This document shows positions 27,469 through 37,433 of a stretch of DNA of 39,460 bases, piece by piece. How positions within the stretch are numbered: the stretch's first letter is position 1; every line of letters starts with the position of its first letter. A program made the position numbers and the translations under genes. The stretch spans positions 183,793-223,252 of the forward strand of contig JAQGDQ010000384.1 in NCBI GenBank assembly GCA_030141605.1, in the 5' to 3' direction. The stretch comes from Tubiluchus corallicola (lineage: Eukaryota; Animalia; Priapulida). The notes beneath the pieces were generated by a model. It worked only from the letters and a program-made list of their open reading frames with translations, did not search any database and was not told the origin of the DNA.

Positions 27469-28495
27469 ATAATCTATAATTTTTTAGCCATTTATTCTTC
27501 CTCTCAAGAATAAGAAAATCTATAAGCATCAGTGCCAGCCCAATTGCAATGAAAAGAGCATACTGCTCATTATACTCTGAATAAATGCGTGATTCCAGTT
27601 CCGCTTTATCCATTTTTCCTATCTCTTCAAACAGTTTATCCAGCCCCACCTGTGCGTTACTGGCAAAAATACTCTTACCCCCACCCGCTACCGCAATCCT
27701 GGCAAGCATCTCCTCATTTAGCTTCGTAACCACTATATTCCCATCTTTATCCCTATGAAAATCACGTCTGCCATCCGGTAGTTCAAGAGGTATCGGGACC
27801 CCCTGTGATGACCCCATACCAATAGTATAAACAACAATACCGTTGCTGTAGGCTTTCTGTGCCTCAGATATAGCATCATCTTCATGATTCTCTCCGTCAG
27901 TTATTATAATTATTGCCTTGCTCCCATCAAAGTTGGGTGAAAATGAGTTAGAGCTAAGATTTATTGCTGCCCCTATTGCGGTCCCCTGAACTGGAACAAT
28001 ATCCGTATCTATTGCACCAAGAAAAAGCTTTGCTGAAGTGTAATCAGCTGTTATTGGCAACTGCATATATGCATCACCTGCAAAAACTACAAGCCCTATC
28101 TTATCATTATGCAGGCTCTCAGTTAATCTAGAAATTGCACGTTTTGCTCTCTCCAGACGATTCGGGGTAATATCTTCCGCAAGCATACTCTTAGAAACAT
28201 CCAGCGCAATAATTAGCTCTACCCCTTCCCTCTTTACGGTTGTAAGCTTTGAGCCATACTGTGGCCTCGCAATACCAATAATAATAAAAGTAAATGCCAG
28301 CATCCAGACAACAAACTTGACAATATGGCGACCTGTCGACACACTTGGCATCAACTGCCGAAGTATTGACATATCTCCGAAGTGAGCCAGGGCCCTCTTC
28401 CTCCCTCTCACAGACAGCAAAAAAATAACTACAAATGCCGGAATTATCAGCATAAAGTAAAAATATTCCGGATGTGCAAACCTAAATGACTCCAT
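27455..28495 (-). CDS. batB: BatB (vWA domain)
   Basis: ARPQYG, MIDAS motif DVSKSM, PNRL, FAG, ITDGENHE. Confidence 0.92.
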   Translation of the reverse strand: MESFRFAHPEYFYFMLIIPAFVVIFLLSVRGRKRALAHFGDMSILRQLMPSVSTGRHIVKFVVWMLAFTFIIIGIARPQYGSKLTTVKREGVELIIALDVSKSMLAEDITPNRLERAKRAISRLTESLHNDKIGLVVFAGDAYMQLPITADYTSAKLFLGAIDTDIVPVQGTAIGAAINLSSNSFSPNFDGSKAIIIITDGENHEDDAISEAQKAYSNGIVVYTIGMGSSQGVPIPLELPDGRRDFHRDKDGNIVVTKLNEEMLARIAVAGGGKSIFASNAQVGLDKLFEEIGKMDKAELESRIYSEYNEQYALFIAIGLALMLIDFLILERKNKWLKNYRLFGTH

Positions 28496-28572
28496 ATACT
28501 TAATAACATCTCTTTGTTGAAGCTTCTCCTTTTTCCACCAATTCTTACCTCCACCTGTCAGACCTGTACAGC

Positions 28573-29565
28573 CTAAGGTATATTCCTAAAAACCGTAACC
28601 TTCATAAAAAACCCCACAAGGGCCACCAGAAGTGCAGGAATAGCAAACCTAAGATACTCCTCATTCTTTTTACTAAACTCATGAACCTCCATTTTAGAGC
28701 GCTCAAGCTTATCAATCGTCTTATATATCTCTACCAGTTTCGCTTTATTAGTAGCCCTGTAGTACTTCCCATCTGTGAGATCTGATATGCTCTGTAAGGC
28801 TTTTTCATCTATCTTAACCTCAACATTTCTTATACGTGTTCCAAGGTTGGTTTGCACAGGAAAAGGTGCGGTGCCGATAGTTCCAACTCCGATAGAGTAA
28901 ACTCTTACTCCGTAAGTTTTTGCAATTTCTGCGGCAGTTATAGGGGCAATCTCTCCCCTGTTATTTTCACCATCGGTAAGCAAAATTACAACCTTGCTGC
29001 TTGCATCGCTCTCCTTCAGCCTTGCCACTGAAGTTGCAAGGCCAAGGCCAATTGCCGTACCATCCTCAATCATACCACACTTGACCTCCCTAAGCAAATT
29101 TATAAGTACTGCGTGATCTGTAGTAAGAGGACACTGTGTAAAACTCTCTCCCGCAAAAACAACTAAGCCGATACGATCATAAGGCCTGCCTGAAATAAAC
29201 TCTGTAGCTACAGCTTTGGCTGCTTCAAGTCTGTCGGGGCTAAAATCCCTTGCCAGCATGGAACTTGATATATCAAAAGCTATAACTATATCTATACCCT
29301 CTGTAGACTGGGTCTCCCAGCTATCCGATGACTGAGGACGGGCCAAGCTCAGGATAAGAAGAGACATAGCCATAAGCTGAATAACAAAAATAGAGTGGCG
29401 CAGATAGTGTCTCCATGTGTTGGGGGCTTTCTCAAACCCATTTAATGTTGATATGCTTATACTTGCCATCAACGTTTTTTGCCGCCACACATACCACGCT
29501 ATCATTGGCACAAAAACCAAAAACAGATAAAAAAATCCGGGTTTAGCAAAATCCATACTAGCCAT
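28573..29565 (-). CDS. batA: BatA (vWA domain)
   Basis: LARPQ, DISSSMLA, FTQCPLTTD, DGTAIG, LLTDGENN. Confidence 0.93.
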   Translation of the reverse strand: MASMDFAKPGFFYLFLVFVPMIAWYVWRQKTLMASISISTLNGFEKAPNTWRHYLRHSIFVIQLMAMSLLILSLARPQSSDSWETQSTEGIDIVIAFDISSSMLARDFSPDRLEAAKAVATEFISGRPYDRIGLVVFAGESFTQCPLTTDHAVLINLLREVKCGMIEDGTAIGLGLATSVARLKESDASSKVVILLTDGENNRGEIAPITAAEIAKTYGVRVYSIGVGTIGTAPFPVQTNLGTRIRNVEVKIDEKALQSISDLTDGKYYRATNKAKLVEIYKTIDKLERSKMEVHEFSKKNEEYLRFAIPALLVALVGFFMKVTVFRNIP

Positions 29566-30589
29566 CTTTTTTCACCCCTTCGCCATTGATTAAATAAGTT
29601 GTCTCCTCCACTTCACCTTCACTACTCTTCAGTGAACTATCTTTTTTCTCATCAACTTTAGTCTGCTCTACAAAAAAGTAGGCATTTGCAATTGTTATCT
29701 GATTCTCATCAGAAGTAGGAGACAGCTTTGCAAACTTAACAAAATCTGCCAACTCAAGAATCTGCCTCAGCATATCAATAGGCTGCTGACCTACCTCCGA
29801 TTCTTTACTCTCAATATTTCTCATAATCTCTGCAGTAGTCTGCTCCAACGCCTTAATATGAAATCTCTCCTCTATATAAGACCTTACAATACACGTTACT
29901 CTGCTATAATACTCTTTAGTACGGTTGCTCTGCCACAACTTCTTATTCTTCAGCTCACTCAACGCACGCAAAGCTATCACATGAGCAGGCTCCCGGGGCT
30001 TGGGAGCCCTTTGAAACAGTGGGGCATTCTTCCTCCGCTGTCTTATCATATAAATAACCAGATAAATAAGAGCCAAGGCAAGTATCACCCCAAATAGTAT
30101 TGGTGCGATCTCTTTAAATGTAACATGTGCAGAAAAAGGCCTTTTAATATCAACAGGCCCCCTCTCCATATCCACATCAATTGTATTCACAAAAAGCCTC
30201 AGCTCTCCCGTTTCAATAGAATCTTCCAGCTCATCATATTTCAGCCTGTAAACAAAAGGGGGTATAATATGAGTACCCTCGTCAAAACATGTAACAATAA
30301 ACTTTTGCCGGATCAATCGTTTTCTATCTTTTAGCACAATAGTATCTACCGGCTCCTGCCTCAGCACTTCAATTGCCAAACCTATAGTATCCGACACTTC
30401 CGGCAACTCAATAGTAAGGCCATCCGAGCTCTCCAGCTCCAGGGTCAGCAATATCTGATCCCCAAGGTCAATGGAATCCCTTTCAAATGATGCCTCTGCC
30501 TTAATCTCCTGGCCTGTAGCAGCGCTGCTAAAAACAGCAAAAACAGAGAGTACAAGCACAAAATATATATTAACAATACTTAAACCCAT
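29558..30589 (-). CDS. Bat-operon membrane protein (signal peptide, Ig-like domain, single TM)
   Basis: KEYYS..IVRSYIEERF, ALEQTT and ADFVKFAK motifs; sits between DUF58 and batA. Confidence 0.8.
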   Translation of the reverse strand: MGLSIVNIYFVLVLSVFAVFSSAATGQEIKAEASFERDSIDLGDQILLTLELESSDGLTIELPEVSDTIGLAIEVLRQEPVDTIVLKDRKRLIRQKFIVTCFDEGTHIIPPFVYRLKYDELEDSIETGELRLFVNTIDVDMERGPVDIKRPFSAHVTFKEIAPILFGVILALALIYLVIYMIRQRRKNAPLFQRAPKPREPAHVIALRALSELKNKKLWQSNRTKEYYSRVTCIVRSYIEERFHIKALEQTTAEIMRNIESKESEVGQQPIDMLRQILELADFVKFAKLSPTSDENQITIANAYFFVEQTKVDEKKDSSLKSSEGEVEETTYLINGEGVKKDG

Positions 30590-30596
30590 AAGCTGC

Positions 30597-31469
30597 CTAT
30601 TCCCTCTTCTTAAAAAGTGCTACTAATGACTTAACATAGTCTTGCCGTGTATCAATACTCGCATAATCAATACCGGCTCTCCTAAACACACTGTCAAGCC
30701 TGTCTATCTTATCTGTCCACCACTTCCTGTAAATACTTCTCACCCGCCGACTGGATGAATCGACCCACCGATAACCACCTGTCTCCGAATCTTTAAACTT
30801 CACCATACCGATAGAAGGAAGCTCTGTCTCTCGCTCATCATATATATGGAGACCCACTATATCATGCTTCCTATTTGCAATAATGAGAGACTGCTCTAGC
30901 TGAGGATTATCATCCATAAAATCTGAAATAACAAAAACAGAAACCCGCCGCTTCATAATATTGGTCATATACTGAATAGCCTGTGTTATATCAGTCTTTC
31001 GTGATATGGGTTCAAAATCTATCAAGTCATTAATAATTCTCAGCGCGTGTGTTCTCCCCTTTTGCGGTGGAATAAACTTCTCTATCCTATCAGAAAACAG
31101 AATAACCCCTATTTTGTCATTATTGGCCATAGCTGAAAAAGAGAGTATTGCAGATATCTCAGTTATCACATTCTTCTTCAGCTTATCCGATGTACCAAAA
31201 TTACGAGACCCGCTAATATCAACAAGAAGAAGAACCGTCAACTCCCTCTCCTCTTCAAATATCTTTATAAACGGCTTGTTATAACGCGCCGTAACATTCC
31301 AGTCAATATTTCTTACGTCATCTCCAAACTGATAATCACGAACCTCACTGAAGGCCATACCTCTCCCTTTAAAAGCGCTATGATACTCGCCAGCAAAAAT
31401 ATTTCGAGACAGCCCTCTGGTCTTTATCTCTATTTTCCTAACCCTCTTTATGAGCTCTGATTTATCCAC
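30597..31469 (-). CDS. DUF58 vWA-like protein
   Basis: GEYHSAFKGRGMAFSEVRDYQFGDDVRNIDWNVTAR, EEREL, DISGS. Confidence 0.93.
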   Translation of the reverse strand: MDKSELIKRVRKIEIKTRGLSRNIFAGEYHSAFKGRGMAFSEVRDYQFGDDVRNIDWNVTARYNKPFIKIFEEERELTVLLLVDISGSRNFGTSDKLKKNVITEISAILSFSAMANNDKIGVILFSDRIEKFIPPQKGRTHALRIINDLIDFEPISRKTDITQAIQYMTNIMKRRVSVFVISDFMDDNPQLEQSLIIANRKHDIVGLHIYDERETELPSIGMVKFKDSETGGYRWVDSSSRRVRSIYRKWWTDKIDRLDSVFRRAGIDYASIDTRQDYVKSLVALFKKRE

Positions 31470-31534
31470 TCTCTGTATACTTTAAAAAAACACCACGGAC
31501 AAAGGCAAACATTACAAAACAAAACCGCCCTTTT

Positions 31535-32530
31535 TTAAGGCACCTCCACAGTATTTAATATCTCGCTGATAATATCTTCCGACACTATATTACTAGCCTC
31601 CGCCTCATAGCTCAGCCCAATTCTGTGACGCATCACATCGTGACATATAGCCCTTACATCCTCTGGAATAACATAGCCCCTGCGTTTAATAAAAGCATAC
31701 GCTTTGCTCGCCTGTGCAAGGCTTATGGACGCACGTGGAGAACACCCGTACGAAATCATCTCATTAAACTGCTTCAGCCCATGCTCTCCGGGCTCACGGG
31801 TAGCATGTATGATATCAACTATATATCTGTGTATCTTATCGTCCATATAAACCTCCTTAACCACATCTCGTGCTCTTATAATATCACTAGGATTCAGGAC
31901 TGACGTAGCAGACGGAAACTCCTTCATAAGATTTTGCCTTACTATCACCTCCTCCTCTTTCTTATCTGGATAGCCCAATACAACCTTTAACATAAAACGA
32001 TCCACTTGTGCCTCCGGAAGAGGATAAGTACCCTCCTGCTCAATCGGGTTTTGAGTAGCCATCACTAAAAATGGCTCCTCCAACTTATAAGTATTCTCTC
32101 CTATTGTAACCTGCCTCTCTTGCATTGCTTCAAGCAACGCCGACTGTACCTTTGCCGGAGCGCGATTGATCTCATCAGCAAGAATAAAATTCGTAAAAAT
32201 AGGCCCCTTCTTTACTACAAACTCCTCTTTGCGTTGGCTGTAAATCATCGTCCCCAGCAAATCGGCGGGAAGCAGGTCCGGCGTAAACTGAATCCTGGCA
32301 AACTTTGCCTCAATAGTGCTAGAGAGAGTATTAATAGCTAATGTTTTCGCAAGCCCGGGAACCCCTTCCAACAATAAATGCCCGTCAGAAAGCAACCCTA
32401 TTAACAGGCTCTCAATCAAATGTTTTTGTCCCACAATAACCTTATTCATCTCCATAGACACCATGTCGACAAAAGAACTCTCCCCGTGAATCTTATCATT
32501 AAGCCTCTTTATATCCAATGTTTGCTCCAT
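31535..32530 (-). CDS. moxR: MoxR-family AAA+ ATPase
   Basis: Walker A GVPGLAKT, RIQFTPDLLP, Walker B ILADEINRAPAKVQSALLE, ATQNPIEQEGTYPLPEAQ. Confidence 0.95.
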   Translation of the reverse strand: MEQTLDIKRLNDKIHGESSFVDMVSMEMNKVIVGQKHLIESLLIGLLSDGHLLLEGVPGLAKTLAINTLSSTIEAKFARIQFTPDLLPADLLGTMIYSQRKEEFVVKKGPIFTNFILADEINRAPAKVQSALLEAMQERQVTIGENTYKLEEPFLVMATQNPIEQEGTYPLPEAQVDRFMLKVVLGYPDKKEEEVIVRQNLMKEFPSATSVLNPSDIIRARDVVKEVYMDDKIHRYIVDIIHATREPGEHGLKQFNEMISYGCSPRASISLAQASKAYAFIKRRGYVIPEDVRAICHDVMRHRIGLSYEAEASNIVSEDIISEILNTVEVP

Positions 32531-32592
32531 AACTTTCCATCTTTATTTTAAATCATTAATATGTCGTGTCTATCTCTCTTCTTTAAAAATAA

Positions 32593-32608
32593 TCAATAAT
32601 GGTGCCAA
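32593..32608 (-). promoter_or_regulatory. Sigma54-like -24/-12 promoter upstream of the moxR-bat operon
   Basis: The minus strand reads TTGGCACCATTATTGA (TGGCAC-N5-TTGA), about 63 bp upstream of the moxR ATG. Confidence 0.5.
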
Positions 32609-32793
32609 TAATGCACCCACCCAACTAAACAACTAAATAAAACCGCACACAAAACTATACTATTTATAATACTCTACTAATTTCCATTTTGTTAAAAATT
32701 GTTAACCAGTGCCTTAAACAACAAGCGCAACAAAGTATATCCGTAAATAGCATATCTGAAAATTCCATATATATCTCACACTCAGCGACATCA

Positions 32794-32927
32794 AAGCCTT
32801 TGCAAAGCAAGTAAACTGGCCCAGATTGAAAAAATCAGTGAAAATTCACACTTTACCGGCGTGAATAACAGCTTTAGCTGGAACTTTGACAAAAATATAA
32901 ATAAAAAAATGAACTTTGCACAAGCTC
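32794..32927 (+). repeat. Degenerate MITE-like repeat copy
   Basis: AGCCTTTGCAAAG...GGCCCAGATTGAAAAAA...CTTTGCACAAGCT. Confidence 0.6.
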
Positions 32928-32957
32928 ACAAGCGAGCTTAAAAAATTGATAAATAAC

Positions 32958-33746
32958 ATGGAGAAGTATTTCATACAACTATCCTATGACGGAACAAACT
33001 ACCACGGGTGGCAAACTCAGCCGACCTCAAAAACAGTTCAGGAAACTATAGAAAATGCTCTTTCTCTCATACTACGAGAAAAAATACAGCTAACAGGAGC
33101 AGGCAGAACAGACACCGGTGTTCACGCCAGCTTTTTTGTCGCCCACTTCAACTGCAAAGCTGAAAACATAAACTGTGCAAAGCTCCCTCTCAGACTCAAC
33201 AGTTTTCTACCCGCAGAAATAGCCATACAAAGCGTTTTCAAAGTCAATGAACAGGCTCACGCCCGCTTCGATGCAACATACCGTACTTACAAGTATTTCT
33301 CCTCCAAAACAAAAGATCCCTTCACATACCTATACACAAATAATTGCTATCGCCACCTCGACGTAGAAAGAATGAATGAAGCTGCCACTATGCTCTACAG
33401 ATATACCAACTTTACCAGCTTCTGTAAAGAGGGGGCAGACAGCAAAACAAAAAATTGCAAAATACTCAAAGCCGGGTGGGAGGAAAGAGAAAAGCTGCTA
33501 ATATTTACCATAAGCGCTGATCGATTTCTGAGAAATATGGTAAGAGCAATAGTAGGGACACTAGCTGAAGTAGGACTTAAAAAAATTTCTATTAACGACT
33601 TTAAAAAAATTATCGAAGCAGAAGATCGCAAACTTGCAGGAGCAAGCGCCCCGGCAAAAGGATTATTCTTGGTAGATATAGGCTATCCGGAAGAACTGTC
33701 TTATGGGCTAAAGCGCCCCCCCGAACACAACATATTCCCATCCTAA
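32958..33746 (+). CDS. truA: tRNA pseudouridine(38-40) synthase
   Basis: YDGTNYHGWQ, GAGRTDTGVHA, HARFDA and RFLRNMVR; ATG at 32958 preferred over the TTG inside the repeat. Confidence 0.96.
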   Translation: MEKYFIQLSYDGTNYHGWQTQPTSKTVQETIENALSLILREKIQLTGAGRTDTGVHASFFVAHFNCKAENINCAKLPLRLNSFLPAEIAIQSVFKVNEQAHARFDATYRTYKYFSSKTKDPFTYLYTNNCYRHLDVERMNEAATMLYRYTNFTSFCKEGADSKTKNCKILKAGWEEREKLLIFTISADRFLRNMVRAIVGTLAEVGLKKISINDFKKIIEAEDRKLAGASAPAKGLFLVDIGYPEELSYGLKRPPEHNIFPS

Positions 33747-33872
33747 GACCTTTACAAGGCAAAAACTTTTGATTCAGGCTGAAGAAAACTCAATGAAAAG
33801 CCACAGCCTGCTAACATCAACAAGGACTCTGAAAAAGACTTCCACGAAAATATTAGTAAAAGCATCACCCTC
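33746..33872 (+). repeat. Degenerate MITE-like repeat copy (partly duplicated by IS1634)
   Basis: GACCTTTACAAGGC...GATTCAGGCTGAAGAAAACTCAATGAAAA...GAAAATATTAGTAAAA. Confidence 0.55.
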
Positions 33873-33948
33873 TTAATCATTCCATACTCTCCATGCAGCC
33901 AGTGCCTGACCATGAAGCATTTCAAGACCATTTACAACCTCTGCTCCC
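33782..33948 (+). repeat. 167-bp direct repeat, left copy (IS target duplication)
   Basis: Identical by eye to 35596-35762; contains a copy of the aroE 3' end. Confidence 0.93.
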
Positions 33949-35595
33949 CCTGTTTTGTGCACCACAACGACGCCCCAAGAATGCACTATTGATTATCAGC
34001 AAGATAGGAATTTCAAATTTGCATTTTGGGTGCTGCATGCTTAATTTTATGCATGTTTGTCCGAAAAAATAAGAATCGGGAGTGGTTCTGTGAGTGTACA
34101 GATAATCTCAAAAAATCATGGTAAATATAAGGTTGTAAAAACCGTAGGTTGCGCAAAAACAAAGCGGGAAGAAGAATTGCTTTTATTGCTTGCCAACACA
34201 GAGATAGAGCGGCTTAGGGGCATGCAATCGCTTTTTGTTGAACACGATGATTTGGTGGTTGAAAACTTTGTGGGCAGCATTGCAAACAATCATTTACAAG
34301 TTGTAGGAAGTGAATTAATTTTAGGCAAAATTTATCAAGTCTTTAACTTTCCGGATGATGGGTGCTGCAATTATTTTCGCAACCTGGTATTATGTCGGTT
34401 AGTGTACCCGGGAAGCAAATTAAAAACCGTTGACTATTTTAGACAGCACCTGAATACAGATGTTAGCGTACACACTATTTATCGTTTCCTTGACGAGCTA
34501 AATACAAGTTTAAAGCCACAAATTGAACAACTTACCTTTAAGCACACCAGGAAGCTACTAAAAGGAAAAATAAGTGTCGCATTTTATGATATGACCACAT
34601 TGTATTTTGAGGCATCAGAAGAAGATGACTACCGTATTCCCGGATTCAACAAAGATGGCAAGCATCAACAACCGCAAATAATGATAGGTTTACTGGTGGG
34701 TAAATATGGATACCCGATTGGCTATCAAATATTCGAGGGAAACACCTCTGAAACAAAAACACTAATCCCTGTTCTGGAAGCCTTTCAAAATAAATTTAAT
34801 ATCGAAAGGCCTATTGTAGTTGCCGATGCAGCTTTACTCTCGCAGAAGAACATAAATGCCTTGATTGAAAACAAATACGAGTACATACTTGGAGGACGGA
34901 TAAAGAATGAAAGTCAAAAAATAAAAGAAAAAATTATAGCTCTTGATATTAAAGAAAACAAGCCAGTTGAGTTGAAAAACAAGAATGGAAGGTTGATTAT
35001 CAGCTTCTCAGAAAAAAGAGCCTTCAACGATAAAAAAACAGAGAGAAGGGCTTAAAAAGACTTGAAAAACGTGTTGCTTCCGGCAAGCTAACAAAGAATC
35101 GCATAAATAATCGCGGGTATAATAAATATCTGAATCTGTCGGGGGAGATTGCCGTTAAAATCGACTACGATAAGTTCCAGTCAGATAGAGTTTGGGATGG
35201 GTTGAAGGGTTATGTAACCAATACCCATTTACCGAGAAAAGATGTTATCGGGAATTATAGTCAGTTGTGGCAAGTGGAAAAAGCTTTTCGTATATCAAAA
35301 ACTGATTTACGAATACGGCCAGTTTATCACCGCTTAAAAGAACGCATTGAAGCCCATATCTGTATTTGTTTCACAGCCTATGCCATTTACAAAGAGCTGG
35401 AAAGGTTATTGAAGGCAAATAATATTGATATCTCTGCTGAAAAAGCCTTGGAACAAATCCGGCAGATCAGGCAGCTGCAATACACTCTGCCCAAATCGAA
35501 ACAAGTCAGAACAAAAATATTACAGCCAACTGAAATGCAAAAAAAGTTGTTAAATATGAAATTATAAACTTGGGTGCTGCAATGCACAAAACAGG
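33949..35595 (+). mobile_element. IS1634-family insertion sequence
   Basis: 13-bp terminal IR CCTGTTTTGTGCA / TGCACAAAACAGG; long flanking direct repeats; TTGGGTGCTGCA near both ends. Confidence 0.92.
34053..35567 (+). pseudogene. IS1634-family transposase with two frameshifts
   Basis: MFVRKNKNR start at 34053 shifts near 34077-34080; second shift at the A7 run 35032-35038; FYDMTTLYFE, GFNKDGK, VADAAL, LWQVEKAFRISK and RPVYH motifs. Confidence 0.88.
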
Positions 35596-35762
35596 AAGAA
35601 AACTCAATGAAAAGCCACAGCCTGCTAACATCAACAAGGACTCTGAAAAAGACTTCCACGAAAATATTAGTAAAAGCATCACCCTCTTAATCATTCCATA
35701 CTCTCCATGCAGCCAGTGCCTGACCATGAAGCATTTCAAGACCATTTACAACCTCTGCTCCC
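35596..35762 (+). repeat. 167-bp direct repeat, right copy
   Basis: Matches 33782-33948. Confidence 0.93.
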
Positions 35763-36427
35763 CTCTGCTCCCCTCTCCTCATAAACTTCGTTTTTGCAGG
35801 ATTGTAAACAAGATCGTAGAGCAAATGTCGACTTGTAAGTAGGTCATAGGGGATGTCGGGACACATATCAACATTAGGATGCATACCTGCGGGAGTGGTG
35901 TTGACCACTATCATATGCCTGTCAATAACATCGGCGCTCAACTCACTATAGAGCAAGCGCTTCTCTCCGGCAAAGCGCGACACCACAGCCACATCAATAC
36001 CCATCATGTTAAAAGAGCTGGCCACAGCCTTTGACGCTCCTCCTGTACCCAAAACAAGAGCTTTTCTGTGAAACGACTTCAAAAAAGGCTTTATAGAATC
36101 TGTAAACCCCACAACATCTGTATTATACCCCTTTAAGACTACTTTACCTCTACTCCTCGTAATCTTTATTGTGTTAACAGCGCCCACCTCACTAGCCAAT
36201 TCATCTATCTCATCCAAAAAGGGCAAAACCTGCTCCTTATAGGGGATAGTAACATTTAGCCCCTCCAGCCCGGGGGTGCTTTTAACTATATCAGGAAGCA
36301 TCCCCACACTCTCTATTTCGAAATTTAAATACTCCCCAGCAATACCCTCCCGTACAAACATTTCACTAAAAAAACCCTTCGAAAAAGAGTGTGAAAGAGG
36401 AAAGCCTATCAACCCGAATACTCTCAC
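35687..36427 (-). CDS. aroE: Shikimate dehydrogenase
   Basis: GFPLSHSFS, NVTIPYK, GAVNT, GYNTD, LGTGGA, DLVYNP and NGLEML. Confidence 0.95.
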   Translation of the reverse strand: MRVFGLIGFPLSHSFSKGFFSEMFVREGIAGEYLNFEIESVGMLPDIVKSTPGLEGLNVTIPYKEQVLPFLDEIDELASEVGAVNTIKITRSRGKVVLKGYNTDVVGFTDSIKPFLKSFHRKALVLGTGGASKAVASSFNMMGIDVAVVSRFAGEKRLLYSELSADVIDRHMIVVNTTPAGMHPNVDMCPDIPYDLLTSRHLLYDLVYNPAKTKFMRRGEQRGAEVVNGLEMLHGQALAAWRVWND

Positions 36428-37353
36428 ACCTGCTTAGACTCTGCTATTCTCTCCATCAGATATATAGTAATAACTCCGATAACCATAAGAACTATAGCAA
36501 TTAAAACATCAGGTGAAAACTCGTTAGGAATAAACCGGTCATACCCCTCTACAATCTTGTCACCACTCTTTTTAAGCAGCAGATTACCTGCGCTATCCTC
36601 CTTAAAAACAGGAGCCTTCCACGGCCACAAAACACCCAGCGAACCTATAATAAATCCGGTAAGCAGCGCAATAGTCTGCCCTCTAAACCTTTTGAAAACC
36701 CACGATAAAAAATGAGAAAAAGCGGCTAGCCCCAAAACAGCACCCAAAACAACAGGCCCCAGTACCATCACATCAAGACTGTTAACCGCATCAATCATTA
36801 CCAACTGATAATTTCCCATAAGAATCAGCACAAAAGAGCCCGACAGCCCCGGCAGTATCATACTACACGCAGCTACTGCACCACAAATAATAAGATAGAT
36901 AACTGACGAATTACCGGAAGCTGGAGCAAGGGTGGATACAACAGTAGCCACAGCTATCCCAACCATCAGGCTGACAGCCGTAAAAGCATTCCACCTCCCG
37001 ACAGTCCTCCCAACAAAATAGACAGAGGCAAGTATTAACCCAAAAAAGAATGAACAAATAAACTCAGGGTACTTCTCAAAAAGATAATCAAACAGCCTTG
37101 CCAGTGTTAAAATACTGACCGCAATGCCCGAAAGCAGTGTTGCAAGAAAAAAAATATCCACGTGGCTGGCAAAAGCTCTCCAATTACCGGAAACCAGAAG
37201 CTTAGCAGCCTTCAAATCAAATGACTTTATGCTCTCTATCACCCTGCCGAAAACACCAGTTATCAACGCAATTGTCCCTCCCGAAACACCAGGGATAACA
37301 TTGGCCGAACCCATCGCCACTCCCTTAATAAACAAGTTTAAATACCCCCTCAT
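36424..37353 (-). CDS. DUF368 membrane protein (polyprenyl-phosphate translocase family)
   Basis: Duplicated motifs MGSANVIPGVSGGTIA and MILPGLSGS; multiple TM helices. Confidence 0.9.
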   Translation of the reverse strand: MRGYLNLFIKGVAMGSANVIPGVSGGTIALITGVFGRVIESIKSFDLKAAKLLVSGNWRAFASHVDIFFLATLLSGIAVSILTLARLFDYLFEKYPEFICSFFFGLILASVYFVGRTVGRWNAFTAVSLMVGIAVATVVSTLAPASGNSSVIYLIICGAVAACSMILPGLSGSFVLILMGNYQLVMIDAVNSLDVMVLGPVVLGAVLGLAAFSHFLSWVFKRFRGQTIALLTGFIIGSLGVLWPWKAPVFKEDSAGNLLLKKSGDKIVEGYDRFIPNEFSPDVLIAIVLMVIGVITIYLMERIAESKQV

Positions 37354-37433
37354 CTTTGAAATATCCGAAAAAACAACTCAAAACAGTGGAAAAGAAGCAC
37401 TCTCTCCACCCTGATAATCTCTAACACCTACAC

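Noticed and set aside
35570-35842. ORFs spanning the IS1634 right end and direct repeat
   Set aside because: Chimeric frames across the IS end, the MITE and antisense aroE.
36424-37353. DUF368 as part of the arabinose cassette
   Set aside because: It lies 27 kb away in its core aroE context with host-like composition; any lipid-carrier recycling link would be incidental.
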